From positions 66,898,001 through 66,962,000 of the forward strand of contig OZ024744.1 of NCBI GenBank assembly GCA_964016885.1: DNA of 64,000 nt, given 5' to 3'. A model generated the notes under the pieces. It ran no database searches. It had not been told where the DNA came from and saw only the letters and a list, made by a program, of their open reading frames with translations. Positions within the stretch are counted from its first letter, which is position 1, and each line of letters starts with the position of its first letter. This DNA comes from Eledone cirrhosa (taxonomy: Eukaryota). Below are positions 1-11,402 of the stretch, piece after piece. Made by a program: the position numbers and the translations under genes.

Positions 1-99
1 ACTACTACTACTGCTGCTGCTGTAAAATTTGTTATTTCTACCATAACGCTCTTATCATTTACGAATGTGACTTTTAGGCAGCGAATAACTAAAAAAATT

Positions 100-960
100 G
101 CGAAAGCAGAGTTGTTAGAGATACGGATAAAATGCTTAGCGGTATTCATTTAGATTTCCTGCTCCCTGATTTCAAATCCTATCGAGGTCAAGTTTGTCTT
201 TCATTCTTTCGAGGTCCATGAATATATTGCATGTCCAGTATTAGTGTTAATTCTTTCTCACATTATTTCACAGTCAATAAATAAAGTACCAGTAATACAC
301 TGGTTTATTGCTGGCTTTGTGCCAAAAATAGAAACAATTATTTCACAGTCTCGGTTACGGCCCTCGCCATTCTGAGTTCGAATCCCGCCGAGGTTAACTT
401 TGCCTTTCATCCTTACGGGGTCGATAAAATAAAGTACCAGTAATGTACTGGGATAATTGCTAGCTTGTGCTGGCCTTGTGCCAAAAAGTAAAAACAATTA
501 TTTCACACTCTCAAGGGCGGTAGACTGGCAGTATCCGTAGAGCGTCGGACACCATGCTTTGCAGCACAGAGTTACGGTCAGAGCTCAAATCCCGTCGTGG
601 TTAACTTTGCCTTTCATCCTTACGGGTTTGATAAAATAAAGTAGCAGTAATGTACTGGTGTCGATTTAATCGGCTTTCCACTCCCCCCAAATTACTGGCC
701 TTGTTGTGCCTATACTAAAAATCATTATTTCACTCTCTCAAGGGCGGTAGATTGGCAGTATCGGTCGAGCGTCGGACAACATGCACTTTGTAGCATAAAG
801 TTACGGCCCTTTACGTTCTGAGTTGAAAATACCGCCGAGGTTAGCTTTACCTTTTATCCTTACGGCGGGGTCGATAACATAAAATACCAGTAATGCACTA
901 GGGTTCGATTTAATCCCCTTCAAATTGCTTGCTTAAAGTAGAAACAATTATTTCACACTC
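100..960 (+). mobile_element. Cluster of tRNA-derived Meta-type SINE copies (4-5, some partial)
   Basis: A/B-box head (TGGCAGTATCGGTAGAGCG...GAGTTCAAATCC) followed by GAGGTTAACTTTGCCTTTCATCCTTACGGGGTCGATAAAATAAAGTACCAG core, resembling the MetaSINE central domain. Confidence 0.85.
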
Positions 961-1681
961 TCTTTTGCCACCAGAAAGCAAGGCATGCTAAAGACGAGGC
1001 ATGGTAAGTCATACTAGATTTATATTACATCTCTCTTATTCTCTCAATAATGTACTTAACTTTTTCTCTTCTTGTAATCCCACTGTTTCACCTTTCAGAC
1101 ACTGCACTAATACTCAACCCAATCCTTCCTTTTTAGATATACATTCTCTGATAAAACTCTCCCTCTCTCTCTCTCTCTCTCTCTTTGCCCCTCCCCCCCC
1201 CCTCACCTTTCTTTCTCTCGATCTATCTGTCTCTCTATCCTTCTAAGTAAGTAAGTGCTTTCTCTCCAGCGAGAGCAACGTCCAAATTAAGAATCAAGTA
1301 CATTGGACCCCTACCAAGTTATTTCGGCTCTCCGGGAGAATCTAAGAAAAATATTTCCTCTTCAAGCCAATAAACAACAATAACAACAACAACGGCAACA
1401 ACAACAGCAAAAAAAAACAAAAAAAACAAACAAAAAACTAAGCAAAAAAAACAAAACAAACAAAACAAAAAAAACATTTCATTTACTATATGACTACATT
1501 TTTTTCAATCTAGTAATACAAACATACATTTCATACCATTAATAATTGTTCCAGAAATAAAAATATGTTATGTCAATAATACAAAATATAATGATAGACA
1601 CCAATATATTTTGAGTATATTATTCAAAATACATACATACATACACACACACCCACCTACATACACACACATATATATTTA

Positions 1682-1719
<38 letters not shown>

Positions 1720-2059
1720 AACATAGATATATATGTACATATATATATATATATATAAAGATGTCTGAAATATCGTGTGCTTTTAGGTCATTTAAGTACG
1801 TGTAACACGGAAGATAGTCTCGTGCAAGGTAAATAGATTTGAATTTGATTTTCAGATAATCGATGTAATCTTAATCTACTAATTTGTTCGCATCTCACTT
1901 AACTTCCTCTAACTGATTTGTTTTACTTAATGAGAAAATATACAGATTTAGTCCAAATATATATACAATCATATAAAATATATCATTTATATTTTTATAA
2001 ATGAAGAATTTCCACACGCTGTATTAATGTTTAAAAAAATATTGGCGTGGGTTTCTTTT

Positions 2060-2890
2060 GTCGTGGATTGGCAGTATCGGTAGAGGGTCGGACGCCATGC
2101 TTTGACGCATAGAGTTACGCCCCTTTATGGTCTGAGTTCAAATCCCGCCGAGGTTAACTTTGCCTTTCATCCTTACGGGGTCGATAAAATAGAGTACCAG
2201 TAATGTATTGGGATAATTGCTGGCCTTGTGCCAAAAGTAGATACAATTATCTTTTACATGGGGTTAGGGCGGTAGATTGGCAGTACCGGTAGTGCGTCAG
2301 AGACCATGCTTTGCGGTATAGAGTTACGGCCCTTTACGTTATGAGTTCAAATCCTGCTGAGGTTAACTTTGCCTTTCATCCTCACGGAGACGATAAAATA
2401 AAGTACCAGTAACACACTGGGGTCGATTTAATCGACTTTCCCCTCTCCCAAATTACTGGCCTTGGGCCTATACTAGAAATCATTATATTTTACATGTAGT
2501 TAGGCGGTGGATTGGCAGTATCGGTAGAGCGTCGGACTCCATGGTTTTCAGTATAGAGTTACGGCCCTTTACGATCTGAGTTCAAATCTCGCCGAGCTTA
2601 GTTTTGTCTTTCATCCTTACGGAGGTCGATAAAGTAAAGTACCAGTAATGCACTGGGGTAAATTTAATCGACTTTCCCTGCCACAAAATTGCTGGCCTTG
2701 TGCCTATAGTAGAAACCAATGTTTCATAGAGTCAAGACCCTTTCCGGTCTGAGTTCAAACCCTGCTGAATTAGCTTTGCCTTTCATCCTTACGGGGACCG
2801 ATAATGTACCAGTAATTCACTGCGGTGGATTTAATCGACATCCCCGTCCCCCAGATTGCTGGCCTTGTGCTTATAGTACAAATCATTATA
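2060..2890 (+). mobile_element. Head-to-tail array of Meta-type SINEs (about 4)
   Basis: Same head and core repeated at about 2065, 2270, 2505 and 2730. Confidence 0.85.
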
Positions 2891-2894
2891 TTTT

Positions 2895-3105
2895 ATGCGT
2901 CGTTAGAATGTCGAAGAAAAGAATAGTAAGACAAGAATTTAGTGGCCAAACCAACCGGCAGGAGACTCAGAGGTAGACTACGAGTAAGATGGTTAGATAA
3001 CATCCACAAACCTTGGTTGGTCGCGCTTGGAGATCCAGCCTAATCATTTGGTGACAGATAGAACTATTTGGAAGGCATGACTGAGGAGTCTGCTCTTGAG
3101 ATATT
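2895..3105 (+). pseudogene. RTE-clade LINE 3' fragment
   Basis: Manual translation across frameshifts gives VVRMSKKRIVRQ/LVAKPTGRRLRGRLRVRWLDNIH/LGWSRL...DRTIW, matching the RTE C-terminal GRRPRGRPRxRWxD motif. Confidence 0.75.
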
Positions 3106-3209
3106 CTTAGAAATAAGTAGGTGTAAAAAAAAAAAAGAAGTTAACATGGTTATTTCAATAATAATGTTATTATGTAGTATTTCAATATATAGCGTTAATA
3201 TATAATAAA

Positions 3210-3655
3210 CTAGCTGGCCCCGTGCCGTCAAAAATGACGGCTAATTGTAATATTATTACATAATATAAAAAAGAGATGTTTGTTTGTTGGTTGGTTCCTT
3301 TGCGCTTATTCATACAAGAGATACCAACATACAAACACACAGCTGTGGTTAATTTTAGAACTCTGGACTTCTATAGTTTCTCACCCCCACTTCCTTCCTC
3401 AGTCATCACATAGATGTGTGTGTATGTAATAATGATGTTTTCTAAGTGTGTCTGTTTATATATATGTATGTGTAGATGCGTGTGTGTTTGTAATTTTATT
3501 GTCTATCTATCTTTCTAAATAAAGACACACAAACACATATACATTCACACCCTCAGACGACGTTATCACCCCTTCCTTCCTCGGTCGACGTAATCACCCG
3601 TTCGTTCATCCCTTGTGTGTGACGGACAAATACACAAGGCTATTATATTAGTAGA
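3210..3655 (-). mobile_element. Non-autonomous Helitron
   Basis: Minus strand begins TCTACTAATATAAT and ends with hairpin GCCGTCA-TTTT-TGACGGC, about 11 nt, then CTAG. It is inserted between A and T with no TSD. Confidence 0.8.
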
Positions 3656-4264
3656 TACTATGATTTATTATCATCATGGTAAGCGTGACATATCCACAAT
3701 ATGTGCATTCGTTATGTAAAACACGCCACAAACAACATCCTCAATGAATTGAAGGATAAGAATGAATTCATTGAAGCCAAACTCTATAAATGCTTCGCGG
3801 TAAATGGTTCGCGGCAAATGGTTCGCGGAAAATGGTTACATTCCTTTACGTTCTGAGTTCAAATCCCGCTGGGGTTATCTTTGTCTTTCAGCCTTTCATC
3901 CTTACAAGGTCGATAAAATAAAGTGGTTCGATTGAATCGACATCCTTCTCCCCACCCTAATTTGTTGGCCTTGTGCCTAAATCAGAAACCATTATTCCTA
4001 ATTTAGAACATCATATACAATGTGTGACATAAGGTGGAGATTTGATACAATACTTACTGTCACCTGATTAAACTGTATTACTTCACTAATATGCTGTACA
4101 AATGACATTTTAGTTTTAAATGAAACGAGTTAAACTACAGAGAATTATAAACTGCAATTAAATTGGATTGTATTAATTTATTCTCATTGGCACTTGACTA
4201 AATGTTTCATATATCAAACCCCTTTGCAACAGCCATCTATATATTTAATATAAAGTGCTACTAG

Positions 4265-5440
4265 AATAATAGTTTCTGATTTAGGCACAAGGCCAACAAT
4301 TTGGGGGGTGGGGTGCGGAAAGGAAAGTCGATTAAATCGACCTTAGTACGTTACTGCTACTTTATTTTATCAACCCCCATAAGGATGAAAGGTAAAGCTA
4401 ACCTCGGTGGGATTTGAACTCAGAACGTAAAAAGCCACAACTCTATGCCGCTAAGCATGTTGGTCGACGCTCTGCCGATACTGCAAATCCATCGCCAATA
4501 ATAATTGTTTCTACTTTAGGCACAAGGCCAGTAATTTTTGGGGACGGGAAATGTAGATTAAATCGACGCCAGTGCATTACTGGTACTTTAATTTATCGAT
4601 TCCGTAAGGATGAAAGGCAAAGCTAACCTAGGCCTGATTTGAACTCAGAACGTAAAGGACCACAAATGCCACTAAGCATGTTGTTCGACGCTCTACCGAT
4701 ACTGCCAATCTACCGCCATAATAATTGTTTCTACTTTAAGCACACGGCCAGCAATTTGGGGGGAGGGGAAAGTAGATTTAATCGACCCCAGTGGATGACT
4801 GATGCTTTATTTCATCGGCCCAGTAAGGATGAAAGGCAAAGTTAACCTCAGTAAGATTTGAACACAGAACATAAAGGGCCATAACTCTATGTCGCTAAGC
4901 ATGGTGACTGACCTTCTACCGATACTGCCAAATGGTTTCTGATTTATGTATGAGGACAACAATTTTGTAGGAGGAGAAAGATGATTTATTCGACACTCTC
5001 AATACACCACCATTAAGTGTTACTAGAATAATTGTTTCTACTTTATGCACAAGACCAGCAATCACCCAGTACATTACTGGTACTTTATTTTATCGACCCC
5101 ATAAGGATGAAAGGCAAAGTTAACCTCGGCGGGATTTGAACTCAGATTGTAAAGGGACGTAACTATGCTAGAAAGCATGGCGTCCAACCCTCTACCGATA
5201 CTGCCAATTCACCAGAATAATAGTTTCTTATATAGCACAAGGCTAGCCATGTTGGGGAAGGGGAAAGTCGATTAAATCGACCCCCAGTGCGGGACTGGTA
5301 CTTTATTTTATCGACCTCGTAAGGATGAAAGGCAAAGTTAACCAGGGCGGGTTTTGAACTCAGACCATAAAAGGACCGTAACTCTATGCTGCAAAGCATG
5401 GCGTCAGACCTTCTACCGAAACTGCCAATCCACCGCCTTT
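4265..5440 (-). mobile_element. Array of about 6 Meta-type SINEs, minus strand
   Basis: Repeated reverse-complement core TACTGGTACTTTATTTTATCGACC...GGATGAAAGGCAAAG...GATTTGAACTCAG...CCGATACTGCCAAT. Confidence 0.85.
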
Positions 5441-5861
5441 GGTGCTACTAGAATAATGAAAATAACTGAAGCATTACTTTACTTTTGTTAAATACAAGAT
5501 ATTTGGAGTTATCAACATCAATTGCTTTTAGTTGCAAAAAACATATTAACCTTTTTCATACTGATTCAGCCAAACACTGGCTCTGATTTTCACTCACTTT
5601 AAAGGATTGCTATTTAAATTAAAATCTCCCAACATAATTTTATATAAGAACAACATACTAAGTTATCATCGCAATCATGAAATAATTAATTGGTTTGGGT
5701 TGTTTTTCGCTTCAGTATATTTTTATATTTCTATAATTTATTCAGCTGTCAATCAATGTTTATCATTAATTGGCCAACAGTTAAACACACACACACATAC
5801 ACACACATATATATATATATATACGGTTGACAATTACAAACTTGACTGTCACCACTGAATA

Positions 5862-5900
5862 TGAACCTGAAGATTGCGAAAGCATGAAAGTACTTGTTCA
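5862..5900 (+). ncRNA. Minimal type I hammerhead ribozyme
   Basis: TGAAC-CTGAAGA-T(TGC GAAA GCA)T-GAAA-GTAC-TT-GTTCA: 5-bp stem I, GNRA-capped stem II, palindromic stem III (AAGTACTT), predicted cleavage after CUU at 5895. Confidence 0.8.
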
Positions 5901-6065
5901 ATTAACACTTAACATTTAATATTCTACCATACTATTTCATTATAATACCATTATAATTTTAAAGGATTGTAAATAAAACGAGTAAATCAGACGAAGCTGG
6001 AATTCCTTTTATTAATATAATCTTCTATACACAATCATACACACGCGTGTATATTTATTTATATA

Positions 6066-6598
6066 TGGTGGCTGCCAACTCGTTTTCGAGTACGGCCACT
6101 ACTTTATATCCATGTAGGAGAACCCCTACCGATGCGCTGAACGAGTGTGACTTTTTAGTCCAGCCAGCGACTTGAAAACTATGTGCAGAGAGATCTCCAG
6201 ATATAAAGCAATGCCTGTGCCGTGAAGCTTTTATAGTGAGCAAAAGCACTGCACAAAGCCAGTCCCACTATCTTGACCAAGATGATATTTACCAAAAAGA
6301 AGAACAAGTCAACATCATTGGATACCATTAGGGTTGCAGGTATTATATCAGAGTTTTCCTTCTCCTAGAATTCTGCCTTGACAAAGGCTAAGGGGTCATC
6401 TCTCCCGGTGATTTTGGATGGCCATTGACTCTTAAGAGGTCCTTTGCCCTTTGACAGGTTTTGTTTTTAGTCCTGCAGGATGTCCAAAGTCACCCTCCTC
6501 ACCCTTGGTGGGGTTGCCAGTTTAGTCGCCAACGACCCGACCATGAGACAGGTTGTACGATACATGTTACCAGTAGCACCAACTGGTGACCTGACATA
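6066..6598 (-). mobile_element. Non-autonomous RTE-related element, family A (internally deleted copy)
   Basis: Near-identical to 25309-25892 and 33937-34548. Carries the CTAGGAGAAGGAAAACTCTGAT motif shared with the RTE 5' UTR near 37030. Confidence 0.75.
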
Positions 6599-6627
6599 AA
6601 TTTATATATATCTATCTATATATATAC

Positions 6628-6696
<69 letters not shown>

Positions 6697-7404
6697 TATA
6701 TATATAGTTTCTCAAAGAGCACAGGTGTGTGACGAAAGAACTCTTTGAGAAACCATATTTATATTTGTATTTTTAACTATTGATCAATCAATGATAAATA
6801 TTGATTGACAGTTGAATAAATTATACAAATAATTAACGATTTTAGTAAATCCCTCAACATTCTTAATTAATTAATTACAATATATGTAGTGTATTTCATT
6901 AGAAACACGGTCACGAAAGGATTAAACAATCAACCGAATGTAACAAACTAGAAACTTATTCAAGCCATAGCCGTTCAATGTTTTGTATATTAGAACTTAC
7001 ATTGTCTGATATCCTATGAATCTATTTGTGCTTTGATGGAGATTTTGTAAATATTTCTATCAGGCTTCCCTTATAGCATCACACTCTACATACACGTAAT
7101 AAAGAGGTTTTGTTACAAGACATAAAGCATAATTTTACTCTGTGCATGTCATTTTCATTTCGGAATGGCAGTAGTCCGAATCAGATGGCCTTCACTACAG
7201 TTGTAGATGTCAGTATACTCCTGGAGAAGTCGTCTGCATTAGATAAATTGTAGATCGTTGGTTTGGACACTTATCAAAATGATAGGTATCGTCCATTTTG
7301 TTTTTAAAAGAGGCTTTTGTGTTTACGTACAACCCCCTTTCCTAATCGCCCTTCTTTCTTACCCGGACTTCAGAAATAAAAACTTCCAGTCACCCCCCCC
7401 CCCA

Positions 7405-7438
<34 letters not shown>

Positions 7439-7742
7439 CCAGTCATATATATATACCAGTCATCACGTCAACGATACAGCTTGTCACCAGTTATTTCTAC
7501 ACCTGAGTAAACTGGAGCAACAACAAATAAAGTATCTTGCGCAAGAACACCACACACAGCCCGCTCCGAGAATCGAACACACAATCTCACGATTGTAAGC
7601 CCGTCGCTCTAACCACTGATCCATGCGCCTTATATATGTGTGTTGTGTGTGTGTGTATTCAATATATAGCAGAGTATAAATATTTAATATAGAAATGGCT
7701 TCTACATGACTAAAACTGTTTCATTCGAAGGAAATCATTAGG

Positions 7743-7793
7743 GGTATCCTGATGATTTCCTTCGAATGAAACAGTTCTAGTTCTGTAGAAGCC
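7743..7793 (+). ncRNA. Type I hammerhead ribozyme (imperfect stem I)
   Basis: GGTATC-CTGATGA-T(TTC CTTC GAA)T-GAAA-CAG..CTG-TA-GAAGCC. The minus-strand mirror copy has the mutated core CTAATGA. Confidence 0.65.
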
Positions 7794-7830
7794 ATTTCTA
7801 TATTAAATATTTATACTCTGCTATATATTG

Positions 7831-7878
<48 letters not shown>

Positions 7879-7882
7879 GACA

Positions 7883-7979
<97 letters not shown>

Positions 7980-7991
7980 CACACATATATA

Positions 7992-8280
7992 AGGCGCATG
8001 GATTAGTGGTTAGAGCGACGGGCTTACAATCGTGAGATTGTGTGTTCGATTCTCGGAGCGGGCTGTGTGTGGAGATCTTGCGCAAGATACTTTATTTGTT
8101 GTTGCTCCAGTTTACTCAGGTGTAGAAATAACTGGTGACAAGCTGTATCGGTGACGCGATGACTGGTATGCATAGTTGACTGCTGGTCTTATACAAAGAA
8201 CCTTGCCCAGACTTGTGCCTCGGAGGGCAACTTTCTAGGTTCAAATAACATGGTCATTCATGACCGAAGGGGTCTTTATT
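7992..8280 (+). mobile_element. tRNA-derived CORE-like SINE
   Basis: A box TGGATTAGTGG, B box GTTCGATTC, then TTGCGCAAGATACTTTATT...TTGCTCCAGTTTACTCAG. Confidence 0.7.
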
Positions 8281-8760
8281 TTATATATATATATATATAT
8301 ATATTTTATTTTTTTATTTTTTTATATTTTATTTCTTCATTTTACTTTATCTTATTTCATTATCTGTTTGGCACCCCCTCCCACGTGAAATGGTGGTAGG
8401 ATTTTGCCAACCCACACACACTAATTCTTCTAAAGACAGCAGCAGTAGAACTAAGGCTGACCTGCCAGCTGACCCCCTAACACCAATAAACACAAGGGAG
8501 GAGGTCAGCTGTACTTAATAAAAACAACCACAACAGATTGCCTCAGAAAAAATGTCTATAGACTTTTGACTGAGAATGTTCTCACAACTGACCAATGGGA
8601 GGAGAGAGTGTCCTATGATGCCGAAATTAGTTTGTTCGAATTCATATGATTCCAGTTTCTCAGAGAAATAACAACCCAACCAGGAGCTGGACATATCGGA
8701 GTATTGACGGAGTAAAACACTTTAACAACATGTGTACCTGTCTCTACCACACCAATTCGG

Positions 8761-8815
8761 ACTGCCTGAAGAGGTCACAGCCAATGATGGCAGTCACCGA
8801 AATATATATAGCAGT
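8761..8815 (+). ncRNA. Type I hammerhead ribozyme
   Basis: ACTGC-CTGAAGA-GGT..GCCA ATGA TGGC..ACC-GAAA-TATATA-TA-GCAGT: perfect 5-bp stem I and palindromic stem III. Confidence 0.8.
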
Positions 8816-9164
8816 ACATCTTTAATAAAAGAAGCCAAATCTTAAATATTTGACTTAATTATTTTATTTTACATTACTCCGGAGTAACCAAACCAACCTG
8901 CGTACTTCGCCGAGTGCTCCAATCTGCATACTGAGGTGTCGGTAAACAACCAACATATACTCAAAATATATTAATATATATATATATCAATAGGCCAGCA
9001 ATTACCCATCGCATTACTGGTACTTTATTTTATTGACCCCGTAAGGATGACAGGCAAAGTTAACCTCGACGTGATTTGAACTGAGACCGTAAAGGGACGT
9101 AACTCTATGTGTCAAAGCATGGCGTCCGACCCTCTACCGATATTGCCAATCCACTGCCCGTTAT

Positions 9165-9771
9165 ATATATATCAATAATATTAATAAATGGAAAATATCT
9201 TTATAAAACCATATTCATTTCTTAAAATATATATTTTAAAAAATTAAATAAATAAATAAGTATAATTATATCATTCTTTCTAAACCCTTGTATATATCTT
9301 TGGGTGTATATATGTATATTTCTATAAATAATTCTAAAATAACTCTACAATAATTTTTTCAAATTTAATAGCAAACCCTTAAAAACAATTTAAATAAGTA
9401 TTTAGAATTTATGTAGCGTCTAAACTTAACGGCTCATCTCAATTTTAACGTTATCCTTATTAGCATATTTCCCTTGAGTGTTGAACATTTGTACATCTCT
9501 ATTCACTATCCTCACTGAACTTATAACATTAAGTTCACATGAAGATATGTCACTATCTTAACACCAATTATTATATTTTATCTGACGAAGGCGTACTTAA
9601 ATATTAGTACCTTTGAAATACGTATAATAAAATAATTATGGTTTTATAAAGATATTTTCCATTTATTAATATTATTGATATTAATGATACTCCAGAAAAA
9701 TTCTGTTGAGATGCTTCTAATCTGTTGTAAAATTAACTTTGTTGAATAATCAACAAACCAAATAAGTCATT

Positions 9772-9778
<7 letters not shown>
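9165..9778. mobile_element. AT-rich PLE-like element with inverted truncated arm
   Basis: About 9170-9215 is the reverse complement of about 9637-9681. Same family as 10984-11340 and 31215-31585. Flanked by (TA)n. Confidence 0.7.
9574..9634 (+). ncRNA. Type I hammerhead ribozyme
   Basis: TATTTTAT-CTGACGA-(AGGCGTACT...AGTACCTTT)-GAAA-TACGTA-TA-ATAAAATA: 8-bp stem I and palindromic stem III. Confidence 0.8.
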
Positions 9779-9847
<69 letters not shown>

Positions 9848-9852
<5 letters not shown>

Positions 9853-10713
9853 TATGTTCACGTACATACATATATGTATACAGACGTAGAGTAGTATGTA
9901 TATATATATATACATACACGCACACATATATATATGTACGTATGGATTCACCGAACATTTATTATAATGCTCGGTGTGTTTGTAAACAAACATCTCGTAT
10001 TAAGCCGTAGGGTCCAGCAACCATCGTTGCTCGTTTATTCAACGCTGACAAAGGAACGCTGTACTAGTTTCAAGCTTATTGGCTATCGTCAGCAACGTAT
10101 ACCTTCCTGCCAGATTGTTGAACGTATATACTTACCTTATGCATATTAACGGCTGAGTAGCCCAATTTGCATATCGAGTGGGTTAATCGACCGGGTGCAC
10201 CGAAAACGATAAACGGAAAAAATGAAACGAAATTTCATTTCCCACTCTTAGTACGGCTGTTACTTAAATATAAGTATGTACACGTACATACATATATGTA
10301 TACAGGCGTACAGTAGTATGTATATATATATACATACATGCACACATATATATATGTACGTATGGATTCGCCGAACATTTATTATAATGTTCGGTGTGTT
10401 TATAAACAAACATCCCGTATTAAGCCGTTGAAACTAGTACAGCGTTCCTTTGTCAGTGTTGAACAAACGAGCAACGATGGTTGCTGGACACTACGGCTTA
10501 ATACGGGATGTTTGTTTACAAACACACCGAGCATTAGAATAAATGTTCGGTGAATCCATACGTACATATATATATGTGTGCATGTATGTATATATATATA
10601 TACATACTACTGTACGTCTGTATACATATATGTATGTACGTATACATACTTATATTTAAGTAACAGCCGTACTAAGAGTGGGAAATGAAATTTCGTTTCA
10701 TTTTTTCCGTTTA
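9848..10713. mobile_element. Non-coding HHR element: about 420-bp unit, partial tandem plus inverted arm
   Basis: Direct repeat 9851 vs 10273 (422-bp period). Inverted arm 10428-10713. Near-identical to 30590-31192. Confidence 0.85.
10057..10097 (-). ncRNA. Minimal type I hammerhead ribozyme
   Basis: Minus strand CGTTG-CTGACGA-T(AGC CAATAA GCT)T-GAAA-CTAG-TA-CAGCG. Confidence 0.8.
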
Positions 10714-10983
10714 TATATATATATATATTACAACTACAGATGTCCGATGAGCTTTTGATTCCAGAGTCGGGCCAGATCGATACAGATTGAAACTTGAGCT
10801 GATCAACGGCGAATCACGAGTCACCAATCAATAAACCTAATGAAGGCTTAACAAATCGTCCTTGCATTAATATTAATATTATTATTTTATATATATATAT
10901 ATAAATATATATGACGAAAAGTTTAAATGGTTCGTTGATTATTCAACGAATTCAATTTTACAATAAAATTTATCTGGAGTATC

Positions 10984-11330
10984 TATAATATTATTCAAAA
11001 TATTAATAAAGAAAAATATTATCATAAACAACATATATATATATTATTATACATGTTTAAAGGGTACAATGGTGTTTCAGTACGTTTTCATCAGATAAAA
11101 TATATAAGAGATTGGATATGCGACATACCGTTAAGGTACTTGAATCTTCAATTCCTGTACCACCACTACAGCAATTGAAGATTCAAGTACCTTAGCGGTA
11201 TGTCGCATATCCAATCTCTTATATATTTTATCTGATGAAAACGTACTGAAACACCATTGTACCTTGAAATATGTATAATAAAATATATACTTTGGTTATG
11301 AGAATATTTCTCATTTATTAATATTTTGAA

Positions 11331-11340
<10 letters not shown>
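10984..11340. mobile_element. Palindromic PLE-like element
   Basis: Arms of about 175 bp around a 6-nt centre (11161-11166), with (TA)n on the right. Confidence 0.8.
11221..11288 (+). ncRNA. Type I hammerhead ribozyme
   Basis: ATATATTTTAT-CTGATGA-(AAACGTAC..GTACCTT)-GAAA-TATGTA-TA-ATAAAATATAT: 11-bp stem I. The mirror copy at about 11040-11106 has GAAA changed to TAAA. Confidence 0.8.

Positions 11341-11390
<50 letters not shown>

Positions 11391-11402
<12 letters not shown>

Larger units (their letters stand above)
7452..8285. mobile_element. Palindromic PLE-like insertion containing HHR, (CA)n and a SINE
   Basis: Arm 7452-7742 is the reverse complement of 7748-8169 apart from the (CA)n expansion. 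Flanked by (TA)n. Confidence 0.8.

Noticed and set aside
515-600. tRNA genes
   Set aside because: A/B boxes belong to SINE heads and no complete cloverleaf is seen.
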